Shown here in pieces: positions 1-12,750 of a stretch of DNA of 64,000 nucleotides (position 1 is its first letter; each line of letters starts with the position of its first letter). Source of the stretch: Neocallimastix sp. 'constans'. Its lineage: Eukaryota. The position numbers and the translations under genes were made by a program. The notes beneath the pieces are model-generated. The model was not told where the DNA came from, ran no database searches, and saw only the letters and a program-made list of their open reading frames with translations. The DNA lies in the NCBI GenBank assembly GCA_050613775.1, contig JBODTK010000159.1, positions 248,001 to 312,000 on the forward strand, read 5' to 3'.

Positions 1-194
1 AGATTCAATAAAATTATAAATTAAAAAATATAAAATGAATAGGGTTTAAAAAAAATATTTTAATAAAATACATAATAAAATTAAATGTAATATTAAAATA
101 TTATATATATATATAATAAATTTAAGATATAAATTTAATTGTGTAAAGTAATAATGGCATTATTCATATCAATATAAAACTTTATATTCGAGAA

Positions 195-343
195 TATCTT
201 GTTTATATATAATATATGAAATAAAATAACATGATTGTATAATTTTTAAGCCCTTTCTAATGAATATTATATAAGTATATCTTGTTTATATATAATATAT
301 GAAATTAAATAATATGATTGTATAATTTTTAAGCCCTTTCTAA
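195..343. repeat. Short direct duplication (~65 bp x2); a second duplicated pair lies at ~356-419 and ~567-636
   Basis: atatcttgtttatatataatatatgaaat...aagccctttctaat occurs twice; tatccaatcatt...aaagagtgaaaa occurs twice. Confidence 0.8.
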
Positions 344-782
344 TAATAAATATTTATCCAATCATTCAATATATATATAAATTTGATGTTTTTTCATAAT
401 ATATTAAAAGAGTGAAAAGTTTCTTATATATATAATTGTAGTAAATATATAACTCCAAGATTACACAAATATAAAAATAAATAATCAATAATCCTTTTTG
501 GAATAAATTATATAAGCCATATTATTAATACAATATGACATTTAATATGATTAACAATGAATATTATATCCAATCATTTAATATATATATATATAAATTT
601 GATATTTTTTTCATAATATATAAAAAGAGTGAAAAATCACTTCCATAATGGTAGTATTTAGCTATATTATTAATTAATTAATTAATTAAATAAAAGTAAG
701 TAAATAAGTAAATAAATTGATTGGTTGAACTAATATTAAAAGCAAGTATAATAATTTCATTATTTGATTTATAATAAAAAAT

Positions 783-1887
783 ATGCTATTAACATTAATT
801 TATTTAATTTTTATAAATATAATTGGAGCAAAAAATATTGAACCAATATGTAAAAAGCATTATACTGTAGATTCCGAACGTAGTTGTTTTGAAATAACTA
901 ATAATGCAGGAATTGAAAATTTAAAATTTTTTAATTTAAATCCAAGCATTGATTGCAGTAATGTTATTAAAAATACATTTTGTATAGATGGCATTTACAA
1001 AAATAACAATAATTAAAATAATGAATTCGATTACAAAGCAATCCTCGTAAATTCAACTTTGAATGATATTTTTAATTTTTATGGTAAAAAATCATATTCA
1101 AAATTCAATAAAATTTATGAATTAGTAGACAGTCTAATTGTAAATGAAAATGAAAAATTTAATTATAATCAATGTGCTAATAATTGTGAGAATGGACAGT
1201 CCTACTATGAAAAAATTTTGAATGATCATAATAATCCATATAATTTTAAGACAATAAAAGAAATTAATACATATTATGGCTTAACTACAGATACATTGAT
1301 CAAAGATCCTTATCACTCTTACATTAAGTAAGTTAATATATATATATAATGATGTCTAAATTAAATTATAAATTAATTTTTTTTTATGAAATAGCTTTTG
1401 TAAAAGTGTTCAATTATTAGAAAGAAAAGAAGTTGAAAATGATAAAAAGAATGAATATAATCAAGAAAAAGAAAATAATAGTACAATTCAAGAAGTCAAT
1501 ATTGATAAAAGAGGAGGAATTAGAAAATCTGCTATATCCTCCAATTATCAAGAACCGTATTTACAATATCTACGTTCTCATTACGGTCCTGATAAAACTA
1601 CTGTATTATATAATGAATATCAAGTAATAACCAGGGTAAAACAAGAATATAGACGTGATGAATCATTAACTTTTGAAGATGGAGTAAATCATCCATTTCT
1701 TTATAGAGTTTATCAGTTAACCGATGGTTGTAGTCATAATTTTTTAAGAGTTAATGAAAAAGAAGTTAGAAATGTTGTAGATGCTGCATGTAATAGACAT
1801 GATGTCTGCTATTTTCGTGAAAACAGCAAAGATAGATGTGATGATCTCTTATTGAACGGATTTCATAAAACTAACGATAACATTTAA
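783..1887 (+). pseudogene. Secreted LysM + secretory phospholipase A2 (fungal/bacterial group XIV-like) fusion, 2 exons (783-1327, 1395-1887), with one in-frame TAA at 1014-1016
   Basis: Hydrophobic signal peptide, then a fungal Cys-type LysM (CKKHYTV..SCFEI...GI....FFNLNPSIDC...FCI). ORFs 783 and 1059 share a frame and are separated by a single TAA. A GTAAGT..ATAG intron (1328-1394) joins in frame to an exon encoding DKR|GG and DGCS...ACNRHDVCY...KDRCDDLL (sPLA2 catalytic His-Asp motif). Confidence 0.75.
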
Positions 1888-2984
1888 TAAATTAATTTCC
1901 TTTTATTTTTTTTATTTTTTATTTTATTTTTTTTGGGGATTAATTTTCTAATGAAAGAGGACTCTAATACTATTTTATCATTTTTTTTTATGCTAAGAAA
2001 GCGTTTAATCTTAAGTCAGAAAGATTAGTTTATTTTATGGAGCTCAGTAAGAATATTTATTTTCTTAAATTGGCTTTATTTTCTTAAATATATTATTATA
2101 TGGAGTTGCTTTCTCAAAATCTAAGGCCACAACCAAAAAACCCAAATAAATTTCAATTTTATTCATCATTTCTAAATTCACTTTTTTTTGTAATATTTCA
2201 TGGTTTTCAAGTGCTTTACAGAAGTTTTTTATCATCAAAAAAGTCATTCCTTTTGTCCTCTTCAATTCTTTCTTTAATTATTTGTAATTATTCTTTCATT
2301 TTCAATAAACTACACTATATACTTGGTTTTTATTATATAAATTTTCATTATGTTATCTTAATAATTTTAATAAAGACTTTATTAATTAATAATTTATTTT
2401 TGTATATCTTAACTTATTTACTTTTAAATTTTTTTTTTTATTTTTTATTTGTAAAAAAGAGCGTTTTAAAATTCAAAGATAAACTTTTTATATTTGAAAG
2501 TAATTTAATTTTTAAAAAAAAAATTGTTAATTTTTTTTCTTTAAATTTTATTGACTAAAAATAAATATTTCAATTGGAGGAGTTGTATTTGGCAAAGTTG
2601 CCTTTCGAAATATGAAGCCTTTTTAAAAAAAAAAAATTTCCATTCAGATAGTTTTCATTTCACAAAAAAAAATTTTTTTTTTAGAAATTATAAAATAAAA
2701 TAACTAAATAACTAAATAAACAAACAAATAAATAAAATAAATAAAATAATAAATAAATAAATATATAAAATATAAATATAATTAAAAATATATTTAAAAA
2801 AAAATAAAATAAAATAATAAAAAAAAAAAAAATCTGTTATTTATTATATAATTAAAGAAGATATATTTAATAATAAAGAATTAAATTATACTATCAAAAC
2901 AGCTATATATAATTTCTATAAATAATTTTTGTACTTTTAAATACTATTTAATATATAAATATTTATATTATGTATTATGATATA

Positions 2985-3803
2985 ATCAGAAACTTAACAT
3001 TTCAATATCCTAAGTATCAGTTGGGATTCTTTTGGATTTCTCGTATTAGGTGTGGTTTTAAATTCGACATTAGTATTTCCATTAAAAGAAAAATCGTCTC
3101 AGAAGATTGCCCTAAATGTTGCCCTTGTTGTGGTGTTAGTGTACCTAGCTTTTCTCACTGGATCTTTGCCTGTAAAGAATTGGAAAATTACAGAAATAAA
3201 TCTTTACCTTTTCTAGATGATCTCTTTTTGAAGTTTGCATTGATAATTGAACAAAAATCCTTGGATGTTTCTTTAGATTCAGAAAAGGATTATGATAATA
3301 ATATTTATTATTATATATTGAGTGCACTTCTTGGTGGGCGTTCAATATATTCAAAAATTAAAGTTAATGATGGGGAACAAAGACAATTAGTTGACAATAT
3401 TTTTAAATAAAGTTCAACTTCGTCAACTGTTCCGTATTTTGTGGGGATTGCGGAGTTTCTAACAAACGTAATACCATTAATTTGTCGATCTTTTAGTTTG
3501 ATGATGAAATGGTATTCCGTTGAATCTACCGTTACCAAGAGCGTCGACGTCGAAATGATAAGGCATGGATTTTCACCTCCAGATACAGATTCGATTGATA
3601 ACACTAATACTGAAATTATTACTCACAATAATGGACGTGGTGTTATTATCGAGGAATGGGAAAAGTTAGAGGCTATTGCTTCTAACGCACTTTTATAATT
3701 TTATAATATATAATATTTTATTTCATGTATTTTATTTGTTATTTTTTCATTTAATTTCATGTAATTTTATTATTATCATAAATTAAATAAAGTTTTCTCT
3801 AAG

Positions 3804-3850
<47 letters not shown>
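2985..3850 (+). mobile_element. 5'-truncated non-LTR retrotransposon (LINE, probably L1-like): ORF2 C-terminus, 3' UTR and poly(A)
   Basis: CCHC motif CPCCGVSVPSFSHWIFAC typical of LINE ORF2 C-termini; frame continues to 3698 past one TAA (3408-3410); poly(A) ~3807-3850; flanked by atgtattatgatata at 2970-2984 and 3850-3864 (TSD). Confidence 0.9.
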
Positions 3851-3852
<2 letters not shown>

Positions 3853-4808
3853 TATTATGATATATTATGTAGAACGATGTTTTATATATTATTATTAAAA
3901 TTATTATTATTAATAAAACTTTTTATATTAAAATTTATTAATTAACTAAATTTTAAAAACAAAAAACTAAAAAAAAAAAATAAAAAAAAAAACTATGTAG
4001 TTACATATAATAAAATTTAAAATTTTAACCAAAAAAATTTCACAAAAACTTTTAAAATATAATAATTTGAAAATAATATTAAAAGTTTAAAAATATTTTT
4101 AAAAAGTTATGATATATCATTTTATTAATAAATTAAATAATATTAATATAATTATCTATCATTAGGATCAATTTTTTTTTATTAATATTATGTACGATTT
4201 TTATGAAATAAATATATGAATAATATTTCAGTGAAACTATTAACATATTTCTTTTCAAAAGATATATATAAAAAATAATGTGAGTCACATTATTAAATGA
4301 TGGAATTATTAATAATAAATAACAAAACTATGGAATATTTTTTTTTAATGAAATATATTTAGATTTATAGTACTATTTATTATAAAAGCACCTCATTAAT
4401 AAAAAATAAAAAGATATATATATATATCAATATATATATATATAGACCGTTTCTATTTTTATTTAAATTATTAAATTTAATTTATTTTTATTTTATTTTA
4501 TTTTTTTTTTTTTTTAAATTTTTAATTTCCGCTATATTTCCGCCTTCTCATTAAACTTTTTTTTTTAATTTTTAATTTCCGCTATATTCCGCCTCCTCTT
4601 TGGACTTTTATTTTTAATTTTATTTTATTTCTGATCTATCAATTTAAATAGATAAAATAATTTTTTTTTTTTTTTTTTGATTTTTACTCTATATAAGCTG
4701 ATGATGACGATGATTTAGGGGTCCTAATTCACAACGAATTTAAAATGTTATCCACAAAAAAAAATATATATATATATATATAAATATAAATATCTTTATA
4801 ATTAAATT

Positions 4809-4839
<31 letters not shown>

Positions 4840-5619
4840 TTTAATCTTGATAATCAATTAATATTTATTTAAATAAACAAATATTTGAATTAAGAAGATT
4901 ATAATATATATTAAACTCCAAAAAAATTAAAAAAAAAAAAAAAAGTCATATTTCATTTATTATTCTTAAAAAATTTAAATGAAAACAGTAAGTCGTTATC
5001 AAGTGTACTAACTAATACTATTGATTTTTTTTTAAAAATTTATAATTAGTATATGCCTTCATTAAAAATAATAAATAGCTATATTTTTTAATATTATTTA
5101 TCTTTTTATATTTAAATCTTAATAGAAATATTTTTTTTTTGTTTAATAAGAATAGTCATAGTAGATTATATATAGAGTCACAATGTTATTTTATAAATAT
5201 GTATATATTAACTATATAGAATAAGCTATAACTGATACTAAATGATGAGAACCATTTTCTTCTTATATATTACTGAAGGAAATAGTACTTAAAGAAAGAA
5301 AACGAAAACTATAGTTTAATGGATACTTTTTGTCTAAGTTTAGAGTATAGAAAAGAGTAATTAATTTATTTTGAAATTTTGTTAAGGTGTTAATCTGAAA
5401 AATATTTAGAAAAAAATTTTTAAAAGATTAGTGTAATAAATAAAAATATTAATTGAAATGAAATAATATATTTTTTCTCCATAAAAATAAACCTGTATAA
5501 CAATCAAGTACACGTAATTTTTATAAAAAAAATAATGTTATTAATAAATAATTTAAATGAAAAAAAAAAATTTCAGGTTAAAATTTAAAATTTAAATTAA
5601 AATTAAATTACCAAATTTT

Positions 5620-5624
5620 AATAC

Positions 5625-5656
<32 letters not shown>

Positions 5657-5845
5657 ATTAAAAATTTAATTAAATAACATAAAAATAAAATATTTTCACT
5701 GAATTAAGAAAAGTGTGTTAAAAAAGTTGTTCGATAGTATTAAATATGTAGTCAAGTATAATTATTTTACTTGAATCAATATCTATAATCTTAATAATAA
5801 TATTAAATAAATAAAAAAAATAAATAAATAATACTTTTTATAATA

Positions 5846-5891
<46 letters not shown>

Positions 5892-6072
5892 ATTAAAAAT
5901 TTAACTAAATAACATAAAAATAAAGTATTTTCTCTGAATTAAGAAAAGTATGTTAAGAAAATTGTTCAATAGTATTAAATGTGTAGTCAAGTATAATTAT
6001 TTTATTTGAATCAATATCTGTAATCTTAATAATAACATTAAATAAATAAAAAAATAAATAAATAATACTTTA
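5620..6072. repeat. Tandem duplication of ~220 bp, each copy starting aatac + poly(A)
   Basis: aatac(A)n-cctattaaaaatttaa...gtagtcaagtataattatttta...aataaataatacttt present at ~5620-5838 and ~5843-6071 with a few substitutions. Confidence 0.85.
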
Positions 6073-6131
6073 ATAAATTTAATAAATAAATTCCCAACAA
6101 TAGTACCTCGAACTTTTGAGTTGTATATTAT

Positions 6132-9100
6132 TTGGTGGAGATATCGGCTTTTATAGAAGGAAAAATATATTTATTATATTTCAATATTAATTTTTTTTAA
6201 AATAAAATTAAATATAATAATAAAAAAAAAAAAAAAAAAAAAAAAAGAAATTAAATTGTTTTTCGATTAAAGAATTTTTCAGTCCATTAAAAGATAGGAT
6301 TAACGTTAGGAAAATGACTGAAGAATTAATAAAAAAAAAAAAAAAAAATAAACAAAATGCAATTCCAAAACATTCAAATCCTATTTAGATACAACTAAGG
6401 AGGTTGATGCTTGGTAGAATCAAATGAAGGCTTGGGATCATTCTTTAGCAGATTACTGATGATGATGAAGAAGAAAATTTTTAAATAATAATTGTAAATT
6501 TTTAAAGTGATTGGTAAAAGTATTCATTGTCTTTAATAGCTCTGGTAACATATAAAGATGTGGACTATAGTAATTGTTTATCCCTCTTTAGAAGAAATGC
6601 TGGGGATGCTCTTCTGGATTTTCGAAGACTTATATAGAGGGATCCAGAAGATATAATTGATAGGCTCAAGAATATATGACTATGACTCTAACGACTAAAG
6701 GAAAATATTAAAGATTTTTTTTTTTAACAGGGAATACAAAGAATTATAACATAAGCTAGAGGAAAAAGATCGAAAAATGTTATTTCTGTTTCAGATTTCT
6801 TTGAAGTCAATTTTTTTAAAAAACAAGAAAGAAGCATGGAAAGGTGTTTAAAAATTGCTTGGAAAAAAAAAGAATGAATAAAAAAAAAAAGCCTTTTTCT
6901 ACCGCTGAATTAAATTGATGAAGTTAAAAATGAATGTGGTAAAAAAAAATAAAAAACTGGAAACTCTAATGGAAATTCTTCCTTTAAATCAAAAAAAAAC
7001 AAAATTTTTTTAAATTCCCATAGTAACAAAACCTTTAATAATCACCCAGTCACTCATGAATCACTCGATAATAATTTCAAAAAAAAAAAAAAAAATAAAT
7101 AATTTGAATAATGATGGGAATAAAGGTAAATAATATAGAGGAACAGATGGTGCTATTTTTTGTAACGAAAGAAGGTCATAAGAAATATAACTCTTCAAAA
7201 ATTTAAATCATTTTGAATACTTGAAATACCAAAGAAATGCTTAATGAAGAATCAATTTTGTTCAACGAATACCTCAAATGAAACGTTGAAACTACTAAAA
7301 AAAAAGGAAGTGAACGTTTTCTACCTTAAATTCCAATAACGCTCCTGAGAAGAAGAAGAAATATTTTGTAGATACTGCCAAAAGAAAAGAAGTTTTCTTT
7401 AGATGCTGGAAAACGGAAATTAGGAAAACTAAAGCTAATACGGTTAGTAAAAAAAGGATATTTTCCAAAAAAAAAAAAAAAAAAAAAAAAAAAAGATGAA
7501 GAAGAAGCTGATTTATCAAATAAGAAAATATTAAAACCTAAAGTTAGAAAAGAATTTATTAAAGACAAATTACCTTTAAAGAGAGTATTAAAATAGATGA
7601 ATCCTTCTAAAGAATTTAAACAATACTAACAATTATGCAATCAATAATAAATAAATTAAACAAAGATAAAGAAATCAAAAATTATATTGATAAAAATATG
7701 TATAAAATTAATAAAGAAAGTAATAATTATGAGGACAAATCATCTCGTGAAATTCAACCAAATAGCAAAAAAAAAAAAAAAAAAAAAAATAGAAATAATT
7801 TTAAAGATTCAAATATTAATAATTTACAAGAAACTATGTAATTAATAAGAAAGTAGCATTTAAAGAAACGAAATTAAAAAAAAAAATTAATGAGCAGGAA
7901 GGTAATACAAAAAAAAAAAAAAAAAAAAAAAAGAAAACGTCATAAAAATCTAGCAAAAATTAACTAATATGGAACCAGATGAAATTATTAAAGAAAGATT
8001 TGACCAATACCAAAATGCAATATTACTTTTTTGGTCAAATTTTGAATAGATGCTCTCAAAAAAAAAGGTCAGAATTAAACTAAAAAAATAAAAATTTAAA
8101 AATTATGAAAAAAAATAAAATTTGTATAGCTCTCTCGAGGCCATGGAACCTTTTGTACTATCTAAAATGCAAAAAAAAAATTTCATAGTGATGAACTTGG
8201 GAATTGTGAATTCATCAGTAGACAATATACCGAAGGAAAATTACTCATAGATTCTGAAAATAATTTTAATTGAGTGAGTACTACTTATATTATTAATCTG
8301 TCAGGTACCTACAAACAAGTTAATATATATGTAAAGGTCGAATTTATGAAGCTCTTTTTTTTTTTTGGTGATAGTACTGTTTACGAATGCCATTGTGGTT
8401 CGACTGGAAAGTTTCAATTGATAATTAATACCTTCACTGCGGATTTCTGTGTCACTAACCGCATAAAGATATATATTTCAATTTTCTTATTAGAAACTTA
8501 AGTCAAGTTGTGTCGCTTTACTTCAGTTGAAAATTTTAATATCATTGCTCCTGTGGTTGGGAACCAAGCTATTGAATAAAAGAATTCCTATTTTTATCAA
8601 ATTTATTAGATCTAATAATAAAAAAGTATTTGAAGAAAAATAATATAATAGAAATTATCCAATAATAAGACCTAATAAAAGTAGTTGAAAAAAAAATAAT
8701 ATAATAGAAATTATCTAATAATAAGGAAGTAATCAATCTCAGGAGAGAGAAAATAAGGACTTAGAAAATAAGGATATTAAGAAATTAGAAAAATTTTTAA
8801 ATGAAACAGAAAAATTTAAAAATCAAAAAATCACTCTTACAAAAAAAAATTCAAAAAATTAATTTAGAACAAAAAAAAAAAATAAAAAAAAATTCAAAAT
8901 TATTTCAAATTTTAAAAAATTTCGAGGGAAAAAAAAGTAAGGTATATGGATGAATCCAAACAATCATAGAAATTTTATAAATCAATTAAATCAATTAAAA
9001 TCCAATATTATTCAGTATAATAATAATAATAATATTTTGAACAATATAAATTCCTATATATTACAATATAATGAAAGTAATGCTTTTATTAATGAAAAAC

Positions 9101-9710
9101 ATAAAAATAAAATTAAAGAATTATGTCAATTTTGAAAAATCAACTTTTTCAATAATGTCATATTATATATGAATAAAATATTAGACAGTAAATGAGATAA
9201 CATATATTAACAACAGTAATTATCAAGTTAACGCTGTAAATCATAAAGATTCAAAGTAATAATGAAAGTGAAAAAGAAATAGAACAAGAACAAAATGAAA
9301 TTAATACTGAAGGTCATAAGGAAATTAGAGAATTTAAGAAAGAAATTTTAGAGGACCGTATTTATAAAATTAAATGAAGAAGAATACATTAAAGATGGAG
9401 GTAACTTTAGAAAAATTAAACAAGAAAAAAAAAAAAAAAAAAAGAAATTCCAAAACCTACAGAAAAAATAATGCAACAAATAAACAAAATGAAATAAAAA
9501 ATTAGCGAGTTAGTCAAAATAAGATAAATTTCAAGATATAAATGGGATCCTTATTTTATTGGACCTTATCAAGTAGTTAAAAAAGAAATTCAATACAGTT
9601 CAATTAATGGATCCCTAACACACAAACTTGAATAGAACGACCAGTACACCTAAAAAAATATTATTAAGTTTAATACAACAATGGCATAGTTGTATCTTAA
9701 GGTGGGTTAA
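6132..9710 (+). mobile_element. Degenerate, internally deleted Ty3/Gypsy LTR retrotransposon
   Basis: PBS-like TGGTGGAG at ~6133; broken gag-like frames ~6310-7200 with a zinc-knuckle remnant (CY.CN..GHKK, ~7150-7190); possible aspartic protease remnant ~8420; integrase C-terminal GPY motif KWDPYFIGPYQVVKK...RPVHLK at ~9540-9660; purine-rich aaggtggg at ~9700. No RT/RNaseH recognised. Confidence 0.7.
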
Positions 9711-10367
9711 ATGATATAAAATACAAATACTCAAACCTTAATTAATATAAAATTAGTTTTTATTATTCAAACATAAATTAATGGCATCATATTTAAAATT
9801 AAAATTAAAATGATTAAATTATAATTAGTAAAATATTAATATGTTAAAAAATATATATATATATATATATATTTAAAATGAACTATTATTAAATATTATT
9901 TTAACTAAAAGTGTTTAAATATTTTTTTAAAATGAACTATTAGTAATTATTATTTTAATAAATATATTTAATTTTAAATATATAATATAATAATTCTATT
10001 ATTATTATTATTATTATTATTATTGTTGTTGTTGTTGTTATTATTATTATTATTATTTACTATTATTATTTACTATTTAACTGAATAAATAACCGATTAT
10101 ATAATTATTTAATTATTATTTAGTATCTTTTTTTTTTTTTTTTTTTTTTTTTTTATTTTTTTTTTATATTATTATTATTAGGAAGATCTTATATATATAA
10201 GAAATAAATATTTACATGTTATTTGTACATTACTATTCTAATACGTGTTAAAATAATATTAATAGATAAGCATTAGTATTATATAATAATGTTGCATTAT
10301 GTATATTATTATGTATATTGTATTAAATTATTGTAAATAAAATGTATCAATAATTTAGAAATATAAT

Positions 10368-10398
<31 letters not shown>

Positions 10399-10549
10399 TA
10401 ATTTTATTGTATTTCTTTTAATTTTTTTTTTTTTTTTATTTCATATATTTATATTTTATATACATGCAGTATGTAGTATGTCTACAATAATCTCTTTGAT
10501 TTTTGGGGGTTTTTAGCTATTGCTTCTTTTGCATAACTTATTATCAACT

Positions 10550-10594
<45 letters not shown>

Positions 10595-10754
10595 CTGAAT
10601 ACATTTAATGTATTTAATTAGTATTCTAAATAGATTCGCATTGCATGTATGTTAAATATAGGTAATATTTTCTTGGATTTCTTTAAAAGTTTATGTATAA
10701 CAGATTATATTAAAGTAAAAAAAAATATATATATATATAATGCAAAATAAGACC

Positions 10755-10832
<78 letters not shown>

Positions 10833-12365
10833 AGAAAAAAAAATTATAAAAACATAATAAAATCTGTTTTATAAAAATCAGACTTTTTTTTTTTTATTAA
10901 AATAAAAATTTAAAAATTTATTGTTATATTATTAAATATATGAGGGAAGATTGAAATTATCAATGACAAAGGAATAGGAGAGAGAAAAAAAAAAAAAAAA
11001 AAAAGAAACCTTTATAAATGATTTTAATGGAAGAAGTGATGAGTGATGCCTAAAATTTTGGAAGTTTTGCATCCACATTCATTGAAACTATTCATAGATT
11101 TTTCTTAGGAATTAAACGGACCTACAAAAAAAAAAAATTTTTTTAAAAACTATTGGTAGCCACTGATGAATGATGATATCCCCAATTATGCTCAACTCCT
11201 GTTCCACTTGCAGGAAATGTATATCCTATATTAGGCGTCATAAGACTTAACTGAACTATGATAATGATAATTGTGTTCCTTTATCTATTCTAAAATGTCC
11301 TTGAGAAGTTTTTTTTTTTTTTTTTTTTTAATTGTACATCTTTGTTACTTTCAAAGCAATACCACCACATTATGATTATTGCCCATCACTTAATGAAGAT
11401 GGTTCACCTCATTCTAACATCAAATGTTTCGTCAGTTGAATTAATTGAAAAATTACAAATAATAATTTAAAATTTTAGTACAAATACACAATTTTTAAAT
11501 ATGGTCATATTATGAAATTATTAGCATTATTATTACTATTATTATTTAGAAAGTTTCAATAAATATAACGATGGATATTAAATTCATCCGAAATCATAAG
11601 TAAAAAAAAAAAAAAAACATAAAAGAGCTTTATAAAACATCAGTACTAAACAAATGTTGTAACCTTTATTAAATAATGACTTAATAAACCAGCTAGAGGT
11701 TTGGAAGTAGGTACTAGATTTCAAGAGATCTAGCATTTACTTCCAAATAATTTTACAAAGATGGACCTTCTTCTTCCTTTCTAGTGATTTCAAAATTAAT
11801 TTTTAATTTAGATTATAAAAATGGAAATTTTTTATTGAATCAAAAAAAAAAAAAAAAAAAAAAATAAATTAAAAAATTCAAAAAATTTCCATTTTTACGA
11901 CCTAAAATATAATTAATTTCCTTATATAGGTTAAAATAAAAATAATTAAAAAAAAAAAAAAAATATTTTTCCTTTTTTTTAGAAGAATAAAATTTAAAAT
12001 ATAAAAGGAAAAAAAAAAAAAAAAATTGAAATAATTGAATAATAAATAATTAAATAATAAATAATAAATAATATATAATAAAATAATTAAATAATAAATA
12101 ATAAATAATTGAATAATAAATAATAAAATAATGAATAATAAATAATAATAAAATAATGAATAATAAAAAATTAAATAATAAATAATTAATCATAAATAAT
12201 AATAAAAATAATAATATAATTGAAAAGAAATGCAATTAAACATTAATAAATGTATTAATGTAATATCATCCGCAATATTATTATATAGTCATGTGCATTC
12301 ATTTATGATATAATGTCATAGACTTTATGTGATATTAAAATAAGATCTTTTAACCAAAAATTAAA

Positions 12366-12750
12366 AAGTTAGTCTAGTGGTTAGAAACTAAGATTTTGGT
12401 CTAAATCATTTGGGTTCGGCCAAAGAAGTAAGTGTTCTCTCGCCATGGCAAGTATTTTTACTGCTGGACTATATAATTACTGGTGCAGAGAGCACTTGAT
12501 CTGTGAGAGGATTAATGTAGTTGTTCCTCCCTCGATGATGGTTAAGAGATAACTGAAAACACTGAAAAGAAGATCATCGTATAAAGCATCGTATAGGAAA
12601 TGCCTTTTATATTGGCCTTACCTAAGGAGAGGTCTACATCGATGTCAAAACGGAATGGCAAGGAATCCAATGAGAGTCTGATACGTTTAAAGGAGAGACT
12701 GGAGGTTTCTATTGTTCTTCTTTCTCGTTAATCCCAATCTTGAAAAAAAA
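12366..12750 (+). mobile_element. tRNA-headed SINE-like element, copy 1
   Basis: Pol III A-box-like tagtctagtgg (12370-12380) and B-box-like ggttcggcc (12413-12421); GC-richer body; ends ttaatcccaatcttg + A-tract; body matches two other loci in the window. Confidence 0.7.

Noticed and set aside
1950..2640. ORFs 2065 (-) and 2100 (+) and a possible transposon end near 2579
   Set aside because: May be a decayed DNA transposon tail, but I found no diagnostic motif or matching inverted repeat.
12366..12430. Functional tRNA gene
   Set aside because: Only degenerate A/B boxes; no cloverleaf could be built and it runs into a repeat body.
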